64,000 nt of DNA from Candidatus Cloacimonadota bacterium (GCA_030445745.1 JASUTE010000007.1:1839-65838); one strand, 5' to 3'. Positions 48,182 through 58,610 are shown, numbered from the stretch's first letter. Notes: generated by a model not told the origin, from the sequence alone. Translations and numbers: made by a program.

Positions 48182-48870
48182 TGCGCATTGGAGCTATCCA
48201 AAAATTTTCCATGATCGATTATCCGGGTAAATTAAGCGCTATAGTTTTTACTCAGGGCTGTAATTTTCGTTGCCCCTATTGCCATAATCCCGAGCTTGTG
48301 GATAGTGCTAAATTCCTTGATCCAATTCCAAAAGAAACACTTTTTACGTTCTTAAAAAAGCGGGTAGGAAAATTGGATGCAGTCTCCATTACTGGTGGCG
48401 AACCTACTTTACATAAAGATTTGCCACAGCTTATGAAGAACATAAAAAAAATGGGGTTTTTGGTGAAGCTGGATACTAACGGCTCCAATCCTGAAATGTT
48501 AAGTAAAATCATTGCAGAATCAGCAGTAGATTACCTGGCCATGGATATAAAAGCGCCTTTGGAAAAATACTCACAAATTACTCGCAGCCAGGTAGATACC
48601 CTAGCAATTCAGCGCTCTATTCAGCTTATAAAAAAATCGGGTGTCGATTATGAATTTCGTAGCACTTTGGTGCAAGATATGCTTTCTAAGAAAGAAGTTT
48701 TGCAAATGGGATCCCTTTTAGGAAACGCTAAGCGTTACTTTCTGCAGAAATTCGTTCCTAGCAAAACTTTGAATCGCGATTTTGCTGAAGCCACTAGTTT
48801 TTCCAACCAAAAAATGGATAATTTACAACAAATTCTACAAAATAACTTTCAGGAATTTGCAATCCGCTAA
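48181..48870 (+). CDS. nrdG: Anaerobic ribonucleotide reductase activating protein (radical SAM)
   Basis: 229 aa. CNFRCPYCHN radical-SAM cluster motif. TAATG overlap with nrdD. Confidence 0.9.
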   Translation: MRIGAIQKFSMIDYPGKLSAIVFTQGCNFRCPYCHNPELVDSAKFLDPIPKETLFTFLKKRVGKLDAVSITGGEPTLHKDLPQLMKNIKKMGFLVKLDTNGSNPEMLSKIIAESAVDYLAMDIKAPLEKYSQITRSQVDTLAIQRSIQLIKKSGVDYEFRSTLVQDMLSKKEVLQMGSLLGNAKRYFLQKFVPSKTLNRDFAEATSFSNQKMDNLQQILQNNFQEFAIR

Positions 48871-49079
48871 ATTTATTTGCAAAATTTAAATTTTTCATTT
48901 TAGATAGGCATGAATAAAATTTCTATACCATTTTAAAAACAACTGGAATTTTTTCCGTCTTGACAGACTTCTAACCGAGCAAAATTTAACATAGATATGA
49001 GATTAGAAGCGTAGAGGGAATAATTGCCTCATAGACTTGTAATCATTTGGAATATAGTTGTTTAACAATGTGGGGGCTT

Positions 49080-51335
49080 ATGGAAATTTCTAAGAATGCT
49101 TTAACGGTTTTAGAACGACGTTACTTTAAAAAAAACGACAAAGGGGAACCGGTAGAAGATTGGGCTAAACTTATTGGTAGAGTAGCCAAAGATATAAGTA
49201 ATGGCGATGATGAAAAAGAGAAAAAGTTCTATTCTTTACTCGATTCAGGTGATTTTTTGCCTAATTCGCCTACTTTAATGAATGCAGGCAACGACCTGCA
49301 GCAGCTTTCTGCCTGTTTTGTGCTACCCATTGAAGATAGTATGGACAGTATTTTTACCACGGTTAAAAATGCTGCTTTAATCCACAAAAGTGGTGGTGGA
49401 ACCGGCTTTAGTTTTAGCCGTTTGCGCGAAGCTAATGCCCGGGTGCGTAGCACTAATGGAGTTTCCAGTGGCCCAATCTCTTTTCTGAAGGTGTTCAATG
49501 CTGCAACCGATGCTGTAAAGCAGGGTGGTACCCGACGGGGCGCTAATATGGCGATTTTGAATGTGGATCATCCCCAAATTTTGGAATTCATTACCTGTAA
49601 AGAAGATCCCAGCCAACTTACTAATTTTAATATTAGTGTGGGAATTACCGAGGAATTCATGCAGGCTTTTTACCAGGATTCTGAATACGAACTTATCTCA
49701 CCACACACCAAAAAGGTGATCAATAAACTAGCGGCTCGCGAAGTTTTTAGTCTTATAGTGGAGATGGCGCACAAAAATGGTGAGCCCGGTATCATATTTT
49801 TGGACAGGCTGAATCAATATAATCCCACTCCCCAGGTTGGAAAGATAGAAAGCACCAATCCTTGTGGAGAGCAGCCGCTGCTTCCTAACGAGGCTTGTAA
49901 TTTGGGCTCTATTAATTTGGCAACTATGATAAAAGATGGCGAGATAGACTGGCAGAAATTGGAAAAAGTGGTAGGCGCTAGTGTATTATTTTTAGATAAT
50001 GTAATCGACCGCTCTAAATTTCCGCTACCAGAGATAGACAAAATGGTGAAAAGCAACAGAAAAATAGGGCTTGGTGTTATGGGCTGGGCCGATATGCTTT
50101 TTCAACTTGATATTGCTTACAATAGTCAGGAAGCTATAGAATTAGCCGCTAAAGTGATGGAATTCATCGATTTTCATTCCAAAAAATATTCGATGCGGTT
50201 AGCGCAGGAAAAAGGTAGTTTTCCAAACTTTGAAAAAAGCATCTATGCCACAGGCGAATTGCAGCGCGAAGGTGAATTGGACTGGGAAAAATTGATCGCA
50301 GAGATCAAGAAAACCGGCATTCGTAATGCCACCACAACCACCATTGCTCCCACTGGCACTATAAGCATGATAGCTAATACTTCCAGCGGCATTGAACCCC
50401 AATTTTCGCTGGTGTTTGTAAAACACGTGATGGACGACGATGATTTGCTTTATGTGAACCCCCTTTTTGAAGATAGATTACGAGCAGAAGGTATTTATTC
50501 GGAAGAGCTAATGAAAAAAGTTTCTGATAGCGGTAGTTTGCAGGAAGTAGAGCAAATTCCTGCTAAGATTAAAAAAACTTTTGTTACATCGCACGATATC
50601 TCGCCAGAGTGGCATATTCGGATGCAGGCAGCTTTCCAAAAATATGTAGATAATGCTGTTTCCAAAACTATAAATTTCCCGCGCCAAGCTACCAAAGAAG
50701 ATATTCGGATGTCTTACGAGCTGGCTTATGAATCCGGTTGCAAAGGGGTTACGGTATATCGTGATGGCAGTCGTGATAACCAGGTTCTGAACGTGGGTAA
50801 AGAGCGCAAAAAAGAAGAAAAACAGGAAGCAAGAGTAAATCCGCGCCAGCGACCAGAGATTACTAGCGGCATTACCCAAAAAATTGAAACCGGCTGCGGC
50901 CATCTTTATGTAACAGTGAATTCTGATAAGCGTGGTGCTTGTGAAGTTTTCACCCAGATGGGTAAAGTAGGTGGATGTGCTTCAGCTCAGTTGGAAGCAG
51001 TGGGCAGGCTTATTTCACTGTGTCTGCGCTCCAATGTAAGTATAGATTCTATCAGCAGGCAGTTGCGCGGTATTCGTTGTCCGTCGCCAATGTGGCATAA
51101 AGGTGAGATGATAACTTCCTGTGCAGATGGAATTGCGCGTTCACTGGATAATTTTTTACAGATAGAAAAAGATGCTCTGAGCGATATAGAAAAGCTAAAT
51201 GGGAATAAAGATAAAGTTAAGAAAAAGCGGCCAAGCAGTGGTAAATTAAGCGGGATTTGTCCCGATTGTGGTAGTCCTATCGAGCATTCGGAAGGGTGTT
51301 TGAAGTGCCTCAACTGTGGTTGGTCGAAATGTTAA
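49080..51335 (+). CDS. nrdJ: Adenosylcobalamin-dependent ribonucleotide reductase (class II)
   Basis: About 751 aa from the ATG at 49080 (MEISKNALTVLERRYF). SCFV, TNPCGEQPL, NLGSINL motifs. C-terminal Cys-rich zinc ribbon (CPDCGSPIEHSEGCLKCLNCGWSKC). Confidence 0.9.
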   Translation: MEISKNALTVLERRYFKKNDKGEPVEDWAKLIGRVAKDISNGDDEKEKKFYSLLDSGDFLPNSPTLMNAGNDLQQLSACFVLPIEDSMDSIFTTVKNAALIHKSGGGTGFSFSRLREANARVRSTNGVSSGPISFLKVFNAATDAVKQGGTRRGANMAILNVDHPQILEFITCKEDPSQLTNFNISVGITEEFMQAFYQDSEYELISPHTKKVINKLAAREVFSLIVEMAHKNGEPGIIFLDRLNQYNPTPQVGKIESTNPCGEQPLLPNEACNLGSINLATMIKDGEIDWQKLEKVVGASVLFLDNVIDRSKFPLPEIDKMVKSNRKIGLGVMGWADMLFQLDIAYNSQEAIELAAKVMEFIDFHSKKYSMRLAQEKGSFPNFEKSIYATGELQREGELDWEKLIAEIKKTGIRNATTTTIAPTGTISMIANTSSGIEPQFSLVFVKHVMDDDDLLYVNPLFEDRLRAEGIYSEELMKKVSDSGSLQEVEQIPAKIKKTFVTSHDISPEWHIRMQAAFQKYVDNAVSKTINFPRQATKEDIRMSYELAYESGCKGVTVYRDGSRDNQVLNVGKERKKEEKQEARVNPRQRPEITSGITQKIETGCGHLYVTVNSDKRGACEVFTQMGKVGGCASAQLEAVGRLISLCLRSNVSIDSISRQLRGIRCPSPMWHKGEMITSCADGIARSLDNFLQIEKDALSDIEKLNGNKDKVKKKRPSSGKLSGICPDCGSPIEHSEGCLKCLNCGWSKC

Positions 51336-51344
51336 TAAAAAGTT

Positions 51345-51372
51345 AGCCTCGTTATTTAGCGGGGCTTTTTTT
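51345..51372 (+). terminator. Intrinsic terminator of nrdJ, overlapping the 3' end of the convergent deaminase gene
   Basis: agcctcg-ttatttag-cggggct followed by TTTTTTT. Confidence 0.7.
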
Positions 51373-52581
51373 ATGCACAGTTTTACCGGCAATAATAGTT
51401 TCCGTAGCTAATTTATCGCTGGAAAGATAGAGCAATTCCGATAGAATTTCCTGTTTATTTTGCAAATTATTGGTGGAAAAGAAGGTTAGGTCTGCTTGTT
51501 TTCCTACTTCTACCGAACCGATTATATCTTTTTTACCAATGATATCGGCAGCACCTAGGGTAGCATAATAAAGTGCTTCTGCAGGTGAAACGATATAGTT
51601 TTCCTGGCGATAGTTGCTCATTTTCATCACATTCAGCATGGAAAGACTGCTGCCAGCACCAACATCGGTAGCTAAAGCAAATTTGATATCCTTTTCCAAA
51701 ATTCTTTGGTAGGGGAAGGTGCCGCTTTTCAGGAAAAAATTGGAATCGGGACAATGGGCGATCTTACTGTTGTATTTTTTTATAATATCCAGCTCAGCTT
51801 CCGAAATATGGATCACATGTCCTAAAATCGTATTTTCATAAAGCAGATTATGCTGAGCGTAAACATCGGTGTAGGAAGCAGCTTCAGGGAAAAGCTCTTT
51901 TACCCATTTGATCTCACCTGTATTTTCGGAAAGATGAGTTTGAATGAAGATATTGTTCTTCTGGGCGTAGTTTCCTACTTCTTGCATAAGTTTGGGTGAG
52001 CACACAGGTGCAAAACGAGGTGAGAAGATATAGTCCAACAGATCTGTGCTTTGATGCCATTTTTCGCAAAGTTGGAAGCTATCGCGTAGGCTCTTTTGAG
52101 TATCTTCCTGCAGATAATCGGGGCTGTTGCGATCCATCATGGTTTTACCTATCATAGTGCGAGCTCCCAGTTGTTTAGCAGTTTCAAAAGCTATGTTGCA
52201 AGCCTGAAAATAGGGTGCGGTGTAGATAACAGTAGTAGTGGTGCCATAGGCAAATGTTTCCTGAAAGAATTGTTCTGAGATCTGGCGGGCATATTTTTCC
52301 TGTTGCGAGCGTTTTTCTTCCTTAAAAATGTAGGTGTTTAGCCATTCCAGCAAGCCACTGCTGTGTTTGCCTTTGGCATTATTCTGGGAAAGATGCACAT
52401 GTGTATCGATAAGCCCGGGAAGACAAATGGTGTCGGTTTTATCCTCATAATTTGTAGCTGGTGGTTGGGAAGATATTTCGCTGATCTTATTGCCATCAAG
52501 GTGGATATAAACTGCTTTCTGAAAATCAGTTCTTTGAGGGGAGAGTGGGTTCAGCAGATTGGTTTTAATTATTCTGTTCAT
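51352..52581 (-). CDS. guaD: Guanine deaminase (amidohydrolase superfamily)
   Basis: 409 aa. PGLIDTHVHLSQ and THLSENTGEIKWVKELFP (the HxSEN...E..WV..LFP signature of guanine deaminases, from memory). Confidence 0.7.
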   Translation of the reverse strand: MNRIIKTNLLNPLSPQRTDFQKAVYIHLDGNKISEISSQPPATNYEDKTDTICLPGLIDTHVHLSQNNAKGKHSSGLLEWLNTYIFKEEKRSQQEKYARQISEQFFQETFAYGTTTTVIYTAPYFQACNIAFETAKQLGARTMIGKTMMDRNSPDYLQEDTQKSLRDSFQLCEKWHQSTDLLDYIFSPRFAPVCSPKLMQEVGNYAQKNNIFIQTHLSENTGEIKWVKELFPEAASYTDVYAQHNLLYENTILGHVIHISEAELDIIKKYNSKIAHCPDSNFFLKSGTFPYQRILEKDIKFALATDVGAGSSLSMLNVMKMSNYRQENYIVSPAEALYYATLGAADIIGKKDIIGSVEVGKQADLTFFSTNNLQNKQEILSELLYLSSDKLATETIIAGKTVHKKSPAK

Positions 52582-53833
52582 AATTATAACTAGCTGGATT
52601 TTTTTCCAAAGCTACAGTAACAATTTTTTTATCGGTTACCTGCAGAACTTTTATTTTCCAAGCTCCTGCTTGTATAGTAGTACCTTGTTTAGGAATACGG
52701 GCAAGTCTGTCTATAACCAGTCCAGCAATAGTTTCATAATCACCTTCGGGGATATTCAGGTCATATTCATCGTTCAGAAAATCTATTTCCACATAACCCT
52801 GAACTTTGTAATTGTTTTCATCTAATTTTTCTACTTCCTGAGCTGTGTTGTCGTATTCATCCTCTATTTCGCCGACAATTTCTTCCAAAATATCTTCTAT
52901 GGTAACAATACCCGAAGTTCCACCAAAAGAATCTACAATGATCACCATACTTTTTTTGTAAGTTTGCATTTCGGTAAGCAGGGTAGTTACATCGATGCTT
53001 TCGGGGGCGAAATAGGCTTCGCGGACAAAATCGAAAGCGGTAAGGCCATCATGACGATTGCGTTTCATTATATCGTAGATTATCAAAATTCCAATAATGT
53101 TATCCAGGTCTTCGTTATAAACTGGGAAGCGGGTGAAGCCCTCTTTTTTGGCGAGTGCTAATATGTCCTGCACAGGCATATCCTGAGGTAATGCTACTAT
53201 TTCGGTGCGGTGGATCATCACATTTTCCGCTTTCAAATCTTTAAATTCTAAAACTTCTTCCAACATTTCGCGCTGATTTTCTAAAAGCTGTCCATCGTTT
53301 TCGGTTTGGGAAAGCATATAGGAAAGGTCTTCCTTAGTGATGTTTTGCAAATTTCCATCTTCTGGTAGTTTAAAAAGCTTAGAAATACTTGAATCTAATA
53401 CGTTTACTATTCCCAGAAAAGGTTTAAAAATTATGGCAAAGAAATTTATAAGAGGGTATGAATTTTTTACCATTTTTTTAGCATTATCGCGAAACAGAGC
53501 TTTGGGAATGATTTCGGTGAATATTAGAACAAATCCAGTGAGAATTAGGATAAAAAGTTCATTGCTAAGGTTAATTTGTTTGCGAGAATAGAAAAGTAGG
53601 AGGATACCGAGAGAGGTTATAATGATGAGAGAAAAGTTGGCCCCAATAAGTGTGGTAGCGAAAAATTTATTGGCCTGTTTATCGAATTTAGAGATGGTTT
53701 TGCTGGAATTTTCTTTTCCAAGTGGTCCAGAAAGCTTTAGTTGGCCCAAAGAGATGAGGCCAGTTTCCATGCCGGAAAAAAAGGCAGCCAGAACAAAAAA
53801 AACTAAGATAATAATAAAGGCGATTAACCACAT
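52565..53833 (-). CDS. Hemolysin-family/CNNM protein (DUF21 plus CBS pair plus CorC_HlyC domains)
   Basis: 422 aa. N-terminal TM DUF21 region, CBS pair, C-terminal ...ETIAGLVIDRLARIPKQG... transporter-associated domain. Confidence 0.85.
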   Translation of the reverse strand: MWLIAFIIILVFFVLAAFFSGMETGLISLGQLKLSGPLGKENSSKTISKFDKQANKFFATTLIGANFSLIIITSLGILLLFYSRKQINLSNELFILILTGFVLIFTEIIPKALFRDNAKKMVKNSYPLINFFAIIFKPFLGIVNVLDSSISKLFKLPEDGNLQNITKEDLSYMLSQTENDGQLLENQREMLEEVLEFKDLKAENVMIHRTEIVALPQDMPVQDILALAKKEGFTRFPVYNEDLDNIIGILIIYDIMKRNRHDGLTAFDFVREAYFAPESIDVTTLLTEMQTYKKSMVIIVDSFGGTSGIVTIEDILEEIVGEIEDEYDNTAQEVEKLDENNYKVQGYVEIDFLNDEYDLNIPEGDYETIAGLVIDRLARIPKQGTTIQAGAWKIKVLQVTDKKIVTVALEKNPASYNYEQNN

Positions 53834-53836
53834 TTT

Positions 53837-54910
53837 TTAATTATTCATTATTTCGTTTTTATGAGCTAATTTCAGATTTTCAATAAATTCATCCAAATCG
53901 CCTGCCAGAATGTTATCTAATTTATAAGATGTCAAATTTATTCTATGATCGGTAACTCGAGATTGGGGAAAGTTGTAAGTGCGAATTTTGGCACTGCGAT
54001 CACCGGTTCCAACTTGTGATTTACGTTTTTGAGCAATTTCAGCTTCTTGTTTGGAAATTTCCTGGGCTAGAAGGCGGGAGCGTAAAACTTTCAGCGCTTT
54101 TGTTTTGTTCTTCAGCTGCGATTTTTCATCTTGGCAAGTAACCACCATACCACTGGGAAGGTGAGTAATACGTACAGCTGAATCGGTAGTATTTACACTT
54201 TGCCCACCATGGCCAGAAGAGCGATAAACATCTATTTTCAGGTCATTGGGATTTATTTCCACATCAATATCTTCAGCTTCGGGCAACACAGCCACACTTA
54301 CGGCAGAAGTATGTACCCGACCTTGCGATTCAGTTTCGGGTACACGCTGCACTCGGTGCACACCGCTTTCATAGCGCATAGTGCCGTAAACATTTTTGCC
54401 GCTAAGTGAAAAAATAATCTCTTTGTAACCGCCCTGGCCAGTAGGGTTTGCAGAAATAACTTTATGCTTCCAGTTATTCTTTTCAGCAAAGTAGGAATAC
54501 ATTCTATAAAGATCAGCTGCAAATAGTGCAGCTTCATCGCCGCCAGTACCAGCGCGTATTTCCACGATAGCGTCTTTTTCATCATTGGGGTCTTTAGGTA
54601 GCAACTGCTCTTTTAAAATTTCCAACTGCTTATCGTATTGCTGTTGCAGTTCTTCCATCTCCATCTCTGCCAACTGACGTAACTCTTCCTTGTTGCTGGT
54701 GGCAATGATTTCCTTATCACCGTTTATATCTTTTTCCAAATCTTTTACAGAATCATAGCTGCGCAGGATCTTTTCCAATTCTTTAAAACGACGGGAAATT
54801 TTGCCATAGTACTTTCTGTTACTCATTTTGGCAGGGTCATAGATCTCTTTTTTCAGATCTTCGTATTCGTTTTTCAGTTCGATTATCTTTTCTTCAGGAA
54901 TAGATTCCAT
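53837..54910 (-). CDS. prfA: Peptide chain release factor 1
   Basis: 357 aa. [14 protein letters not shown] (PxT) and [10 protein letters not shown] (GGQ) motifs. No frameshift. Confidence 0.95.
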   Translation of the reverse strand: MESIPEEKIIELKNEYEDLKKEIYDPAKMSNRKYYGKISRRFKELEKILRSYDSVKDLEKDINGDKEIIATSNKEELRQLAEMEMEELQQQYDKQLEILKEQLLPKDPNDEKDAIVEIRAGTGGDEAALFAADLYRMYSYFAEKNNWKHKVISANPTGQGGYKEIIFSLSGKNVYGTMRYESGVHRVQRVPETESQGRVHTSAVSVAVLPEAEDIDVEINPNDLKIDVYRSSGHGGQSVNTTDSAVRITHLPSGMVVTCQDEKSQLKNKTKALKVLRSRLLAQEISKQEAEIAQKRKSQVGTGDRSAKIRTYNFPQSRVTDHRINLTSYKLDNILAGDLDEFIENLKLAHKNEIMNN

Positions 54911-54912
54911 AT

Positions 54913-55872
54913 TTAATTTTCCTCAATTATTTTAACATTTGCTGGAATATCCATTTCCAAAGCACATTTCATAGCTATTACAGCTGTTTCTATTTGTTCA
55001 TGGTCTGGAGGTTGTGTAGTGATTTTTTGCAACGCCAGACCGGGCGCTGTCATTAATTTTACCAGGGGATGATTAATATTTTTACCAGATAATTTTAGGA
55101 TTTCATAAGAAATTCCGGCAACAAGCGGGGTTAGAAAAATAAGATGATAGGCAATACGCATTGGCAGGCTAGGAGTGTGCCATAAATAAGCCACCAAGGT
55201 GTCCACAAGTGAAAATATGATAATAGAAACCAATAAAACAAAGAAAATAAAACTTGTGCCACAGCGCGGATGCAGGGTGGAAAAATTATCTATCTGTGGT
55301 GGTATCAGCTCTGCTTTATTCTCGTAAGCAAATACGGATTTATGTTCAGCGCCGTGGTATTGGAAAAGTCGTTTTACATCTTTCATAAAACTAATAATCC
55401 AAACATAGAGCACAAAAAAGATAATACGAACAGCACCAGCAAAAAGGTTGAAATAGAGATTTTCCTTACTCAAGTTCAACCAGGAAGCTATTTGGTATGG
55501 TAAATAAACAAAAAGTAGAAAAGCTAGAGCAAAGGCAAAAATGTAGCCCACAATATCTTCAACTTGTTGGCGAAATTTCGATTTTTCCTTACTTTGCGTC
55601 TCTTTTTCTGCTTCCCAATCTATTTCAGCTCGTTTAGCAGAAAAATTTAGTGATTTCATTCCTATTATCAGCATCTCTATAAGCGAGACAAAACCGCGAA
55701 TAATGGGAAGTCCTAAAAATTTATTTTTTTGGGTAATACTGATGAATTTTTCTTTTTTTACTTCTATCGATTTATCTTTACGGCGAATGGCGGTTGCCAA
55801 ATACAGTGGACCACGCATCATTACGCCTTCTATAACGGCTTGGCCACCCACTTGGATGTTTTTTTCGGACAT
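54913..55872 (-). CDS. DUF1385 domain-containing membrane protein (YqhQ-like)
   Basis: Start preferred at 55872 (AGGAG-7 nt-ATG; [21 protein letters not shown]). The longer track ORF would run through the rpmE terminator. Confidence 0.8.
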   Translation of the reverse strand: MSEKNIQVGGQAVIEGVMMRGPLYLATAIRRKDKSIEVKKEKFISITQKNKFLGLPIIRGFVSLIEMLIIGMKSLNFSAKRAEIDWEAEKETQSKEKSKFRQQVEDIVGYIFAFALAFLLFVYLPYQIASWLNLSKENLYFNLFAGAVRIIFFVLYVWIISFMKDVKRLFQYHGAEHKSVFAYENKAELIPPQIDNFSTLHPRCGTSFIFFVLLVSIIIFSLVDTLVAYLWHTPSLPMRIAYHLIFLTPLVAGISYEILKLSGKNINHPLVKLMTAPGLALQKITTQPPDHEQIETAVIAMKCALEMDIPANVKIIEEN

Positions 55873-55884
55873 ATGGTTACTCCT

Positions 55885-55929
55885 AAAAAAAGCGCACCAC
55901 AAGCCTGAAAATGTTCAGTTGTGGTGCGC
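55885..55929 (-). terminator. Intrinsic terminator of rpmE
   Basis: 11-bp stem gcgcaccacaa/ttgtggtgcgc followed by TTTTTTT on the minus strand. Confidence 0.85.
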
Positions 55930-55940
55930 AAATAAAAAAA

Positions 55941-56150
55941 CTATTTCTTATTATTTTTGCTATATTTTTGTTTAAATTTTTCTACACGACCAGCTTTTTC
56001 TAAAGATCGTTGTTTACCTGTGTAGAAGGGGTGACATTCAGAGCAGATTTGCACATTAAGCTCTTCTGCAGTGGAACGTGTCTCGAATGTGTTTCCACAA
56101 GCGCATTTTACAGTTACTTTTTCATACTTGGGATGAATTCCTTTTTTCAT
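55941..56150 (-). CDS. rpmE: 50S ribosomal protein L31
   Basis: 69 aa. [27 protein letters not shown]...[13 protein letters not shown]. Confidence 0.95.
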   Translation of the reverse strand: MKKGIHPKYEKVTVKCACGNTFETRSTAEELNVQICSECHPFYTGKQRSLEKAGRVEKFKQKYSKNNKK

Positions 56151-56241
56151 GATATATCTCCTAATTTTTTACAACATATTTTTATCGAATGACGATATTT
56201 TAAGCTAAGGTTTTGCTGTCAACGATTTTATCATAGTTTTC

Positions 56242-56514
56242 TTATTCCAATTTATAAAGATAATAATTTCGACCGATAGCACGCTTTATATCCAGAAGGG
56301 TTTCGTTGTCACGAAATAAAAATTCTTCTAAAAGCATATAATTTTCGCTATTATACTGGTAGAAATATTTGTAGAGCAGGGTTTTGGGGTTATTCTGTCT
56401 TTGAATCTGCTCTACATCTAATACAAAATCCCGCTTTAATAAATCTGCCTGCTCAGATGAGATACGGTAGGGAAATTTAGGACAGGAATCAATAATCTGA
56501 AGGGTTGTTTTCAT
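56242..56514 (-). CDS. Hypothetical protein
   Basis: 90 aa ORF overlapping the upstream membrane-protein gene by 26 nt. No recognisable motif. Confidence 0.35.
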   Translation of the reverse strand: MKTTLQIIDSCPKFPYRISSEQADLLKRDFVLDVEQIQRQNNPKTLLYKYFYQYNSENYMLLEEFLFRDNETLLDIKRAIGRNYYLYKLE

Positions 56515-56938
56515 CTGTTTTCTTTCTGAACAACACTACGATTCCCAAAATTATCAATATAATTCCCAAAAAGGCGGTAAAGGAAATTTTTCCGAAATAT
56601 TCGTGTTCCTGCAGCCCAATTCCAATTAGCACCACACCTGGAACAAGGGGCCACCAGTGAGAAGTTTTCCTATATAATTTGTGGATAATGTAAATTGCAG
56701 AAAATCCTAAGCCTAAGCCAATAGTTGGAAAATTAAACATCTCACCCACAGAAATACCTAAAAGTATGCAGCCTGGGATAAGGTAGCCATAGCGATTTCG
56801 ATAAAAATAGGCTGCCACAAAAACAACTCCTAAAATTAGCAGAAAGTAATTTTGACTTTGATAATTGAAAATCTCTGAAAGCAGCAAAACTATTCCGATG
56901 AGAATAACAAAAATACCTGCAAATAAATTTTTCTTCAC
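56489..56938 (-). CDS. Polytopic small membrane protein (LiaI/LiaF-TM-like, tentative)
   Basis: Start preferred at GTG 56938, 4 nt after AGGAGG (VKKNLFAGIFVILIGIVLLL...). About 149 aa with 4-5 TM segments. Confidence 0.5.
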   Translation of the reverse strand: MKKNLFAGIFVILIGIVLLLSEIFNYQSQNYFLLILGVVFVAAYFYRNRYGYLIPGCILLGISVGEMFNFPTIGLGLGFSAIYIIHKLYRKTSHWWPLVPGVVLIGIGLQEHEYFGKISFTAFLGIILIILGIVVLFRKKTDENNPSDY

Positions 56939-56946
56939 CTCGCCTC

Positions 56947-57126
56947 CTAACCGGACTGGATTATCGCCAATACAATGAATAAAATAACGAAAACTAACAG
57001 TGCTAACAAGATAATATTTCCCAAAAGCGGCATTTTTAACAACGTACCACAATGGGGACAACGTTTGGCATTTTTGCCCACTTTTTTACCACAACTTCTG
57101 CATACTATTGTATTTTTCTTTGCCAT
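56947..57126 (-). CDS. Zinc-ribbon plus single-TM small protein (59 aa)
   Basis: Not in the ORF track (under 60 aa). GGAG RBS. MAKKNTIVCRSCGKKVGKNAKRCPHCGTLLKMPLLGNIILLALLVFVILFIVLAIIQSG*. Its stop overlaps the SD of the next gene. Confidence 0.55.
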   Translation of the reverse strand: MAKKNTIVCRSCGKKVGKNAKRCPHCGTLLKMPLLGNIILLALLVFVILFIVLAIIQSG

Positions 57127-57292
57127 TATTACTCCAGATTTTTTATAGTTACTAAGATAATTTTTACATTGAACTTGTAAATAAAAATAAGTTTGCCTAT
57201 TTTTTTGCCAACTTAATTTCGATTCTTAAACAACTTTGCTTTACAATACTAAGAAAAGAATATTTCTGGTATAAAAAAATAAAAGGAATATA

Positions 57293-58126
57293 ATGATGGG
57301 AAAGATCGATCTTCATATTCATACGAATTGTTCCGACGGAGTTTTTAGTGTTAAAGAAGTTTTGGAAATGGCAGGAAATAATAGCTATACACCCATCTCT
57401 ATAACAGATCATGATACAATTGAAGCTTATGATACAGCTTTTCCTATTGCTCAAGCAATGGGAATAGAGCTGATACCAGGTGTGGAAATAAGCAGTGAAT
57501 ACAAAACCCGCGATGTGCATATCTTAGCTTACAATTTCGATTTGGAAAATAAAACGTTTCGCAAGTTGTTGCATAAGATATACAAAGGCAGGTTTGTACG
57601 TGCTAAGAAAATTATAAAAAAATTGGCTAATTCGGGTTTTAACGTTAATTTGAAAGAGATAAAAAAGGTAGCTGGTGACAGTAATCTTATTGGGAGACCG
57701 CATATTGCCAGGGTGCTAATGGAAAAAGGGTATTTTAAACATCCGCAAATTATATTCGATAAATATTTGGGAGAGGAGGGCAAAGCGTTTGTACCCAAAT
57801 TAACCTTTACAACCGAAAAGGTGATAAAAAAGATCCAAGAAGCCGGCGGCGTAGCAGTTTTGGCACACCCGCATCTATTAAAAGATGATAAGATGGTAAA
57901 AGAAATTATTGAGATGGGAATTGACGGTTTGGAGGTGTTTTATTATAAATGTACAGAACAGGAAAAGGAACGTTACAACAACTTAGCTCTGCAACACGGC
58001 CTTATTCGCACTGGTGGCAGCGATTTCCATGGCTTTATGAAAGATGATGCTTTGCAAAATTTTTCAGCGCCACCGCTGGTTTTAGCTGAGCTTAACAAAA
58101 TGAAAAGGAGTAAGCAAGATGAGTGA
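57293..58126 (+). CDS. PHP-domain metal-dependent phosphoesterase (second TrpH/YciV-like paralog)
   Basis: 277 aa. IDLHIHTNCSDG, ITDHDT, GGSDFHG. Confidence 0.85.
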   Translation: MMGKIDLHIHTNCSDGVFSVKEVLEMAGNNSYTPISITDHDTIEAYDTAFPIAQAMGIELIPGVEISSEYKTRDVHILAYNFDLENKTFRKLLHKIYKGRFVRAKKIIKKLANSGFNVNLKEIKKVAGDSNLIGRPHIARVLMEKGYFKHPQIIFDKYLGEEGKAFVPKLTFTTEKVIKKIQEAGGVAVLAHPHLLKDDKMVKEIIEMGIDGLEVFYYKCTEQEKERYNNLALQHGLIRTGGSDFHGFMKDDALQNFSAPPLVLAELNKMKRSKQDE

Positions 58127-58610
58127 TAGATTATTTATTAAGCAATTACCCAAAAAGTTTAAAATGAATCCTTTTGTACGCTGGTTTACATTTTTATTTG
58201 GAATTTTTGCCATTGTATATGCTATATGGGTCATATTCTATAAGATAACAGCAGATTCTTCTACATTTTACAAAATAGTACCTTTTATTATCTTATTTTT
58301 AGCGCTAAATTCAGTTATGAAAAATCTGATAAGCCTTAATTCTGTAAAATTCACTAAAGACAAATTAATATTTGGTTTTTTGGGTAAGAAAGCTGTAAAA
58401 ATCGATTGGGATAAGATAAAAAAATTACAAGTTCATCCCAGTAAAAACCGTTATGCTACTTTGATCTACGAAGAAGATGGACAAGAGAAAGAATTTCATT
58501 TCACCATTGCCTTTCCTCAAATTTTAGAAATATTAAATGGCATAGGCGAAATGGCACCAGATATCGAGCTGGATGATTTTATGAAAAAGGTGATAATTAA
58601 TGAAGGTTAA
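58119..58610 (+). CDS. Hypothetical membrane protein
   Basis: 163 aa. Two N-terminal TM helices. Overlaps both neighbours (8 and 11 nt), suggesting an operon. Confidence 0.45.
   Translation: MSDRLFIKQLPKKFKMNPFVRWFTFLFGIFAIVYAIWVIFYKITADSSTFYKIVPFIILFLALNSVMKNLISLNSVKFTKDKLIFGFLGKKAVKIDWDKIKKLQVHPSKNRYATLIYEEDGQEKEFHFTIAFPQILEILNGIGEMAPDIELDDFMKKVIINEG

Noticed and set aside
48871-49079. Cobalamin riboswitch upstream of B12-dependent nrdJ, and canonical paired NrdR boxes upstream of nrdD and nrdJ.
   Set aside because: No B12-box-like conserved core or multi-stem architecture is visible. The candidate A/T palindromes are single, weak, and not at the ~31-32 bp pair spacing I recall for NrdR. 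A covariance-model scan is needed to be definitive.
46088-51335. Inteins or group I introns in the RNR genes. These are common GIY-YIG/HNH homing targets and so are relevant given the GIY-YIG cassettes nearby.
   Set aside because: Both ORFs are continuous and of normal length. The conserved motifs are contiguous, with no extra insertion domain.
53837-54910. Possible programmed +1 frameshift, as seen in release-factor genes.
   Set aside because: The gene is RF1 (PET and GGQ motifs) in one uninterrupted frame. The frameshift is a feature of prfB, not prfA.
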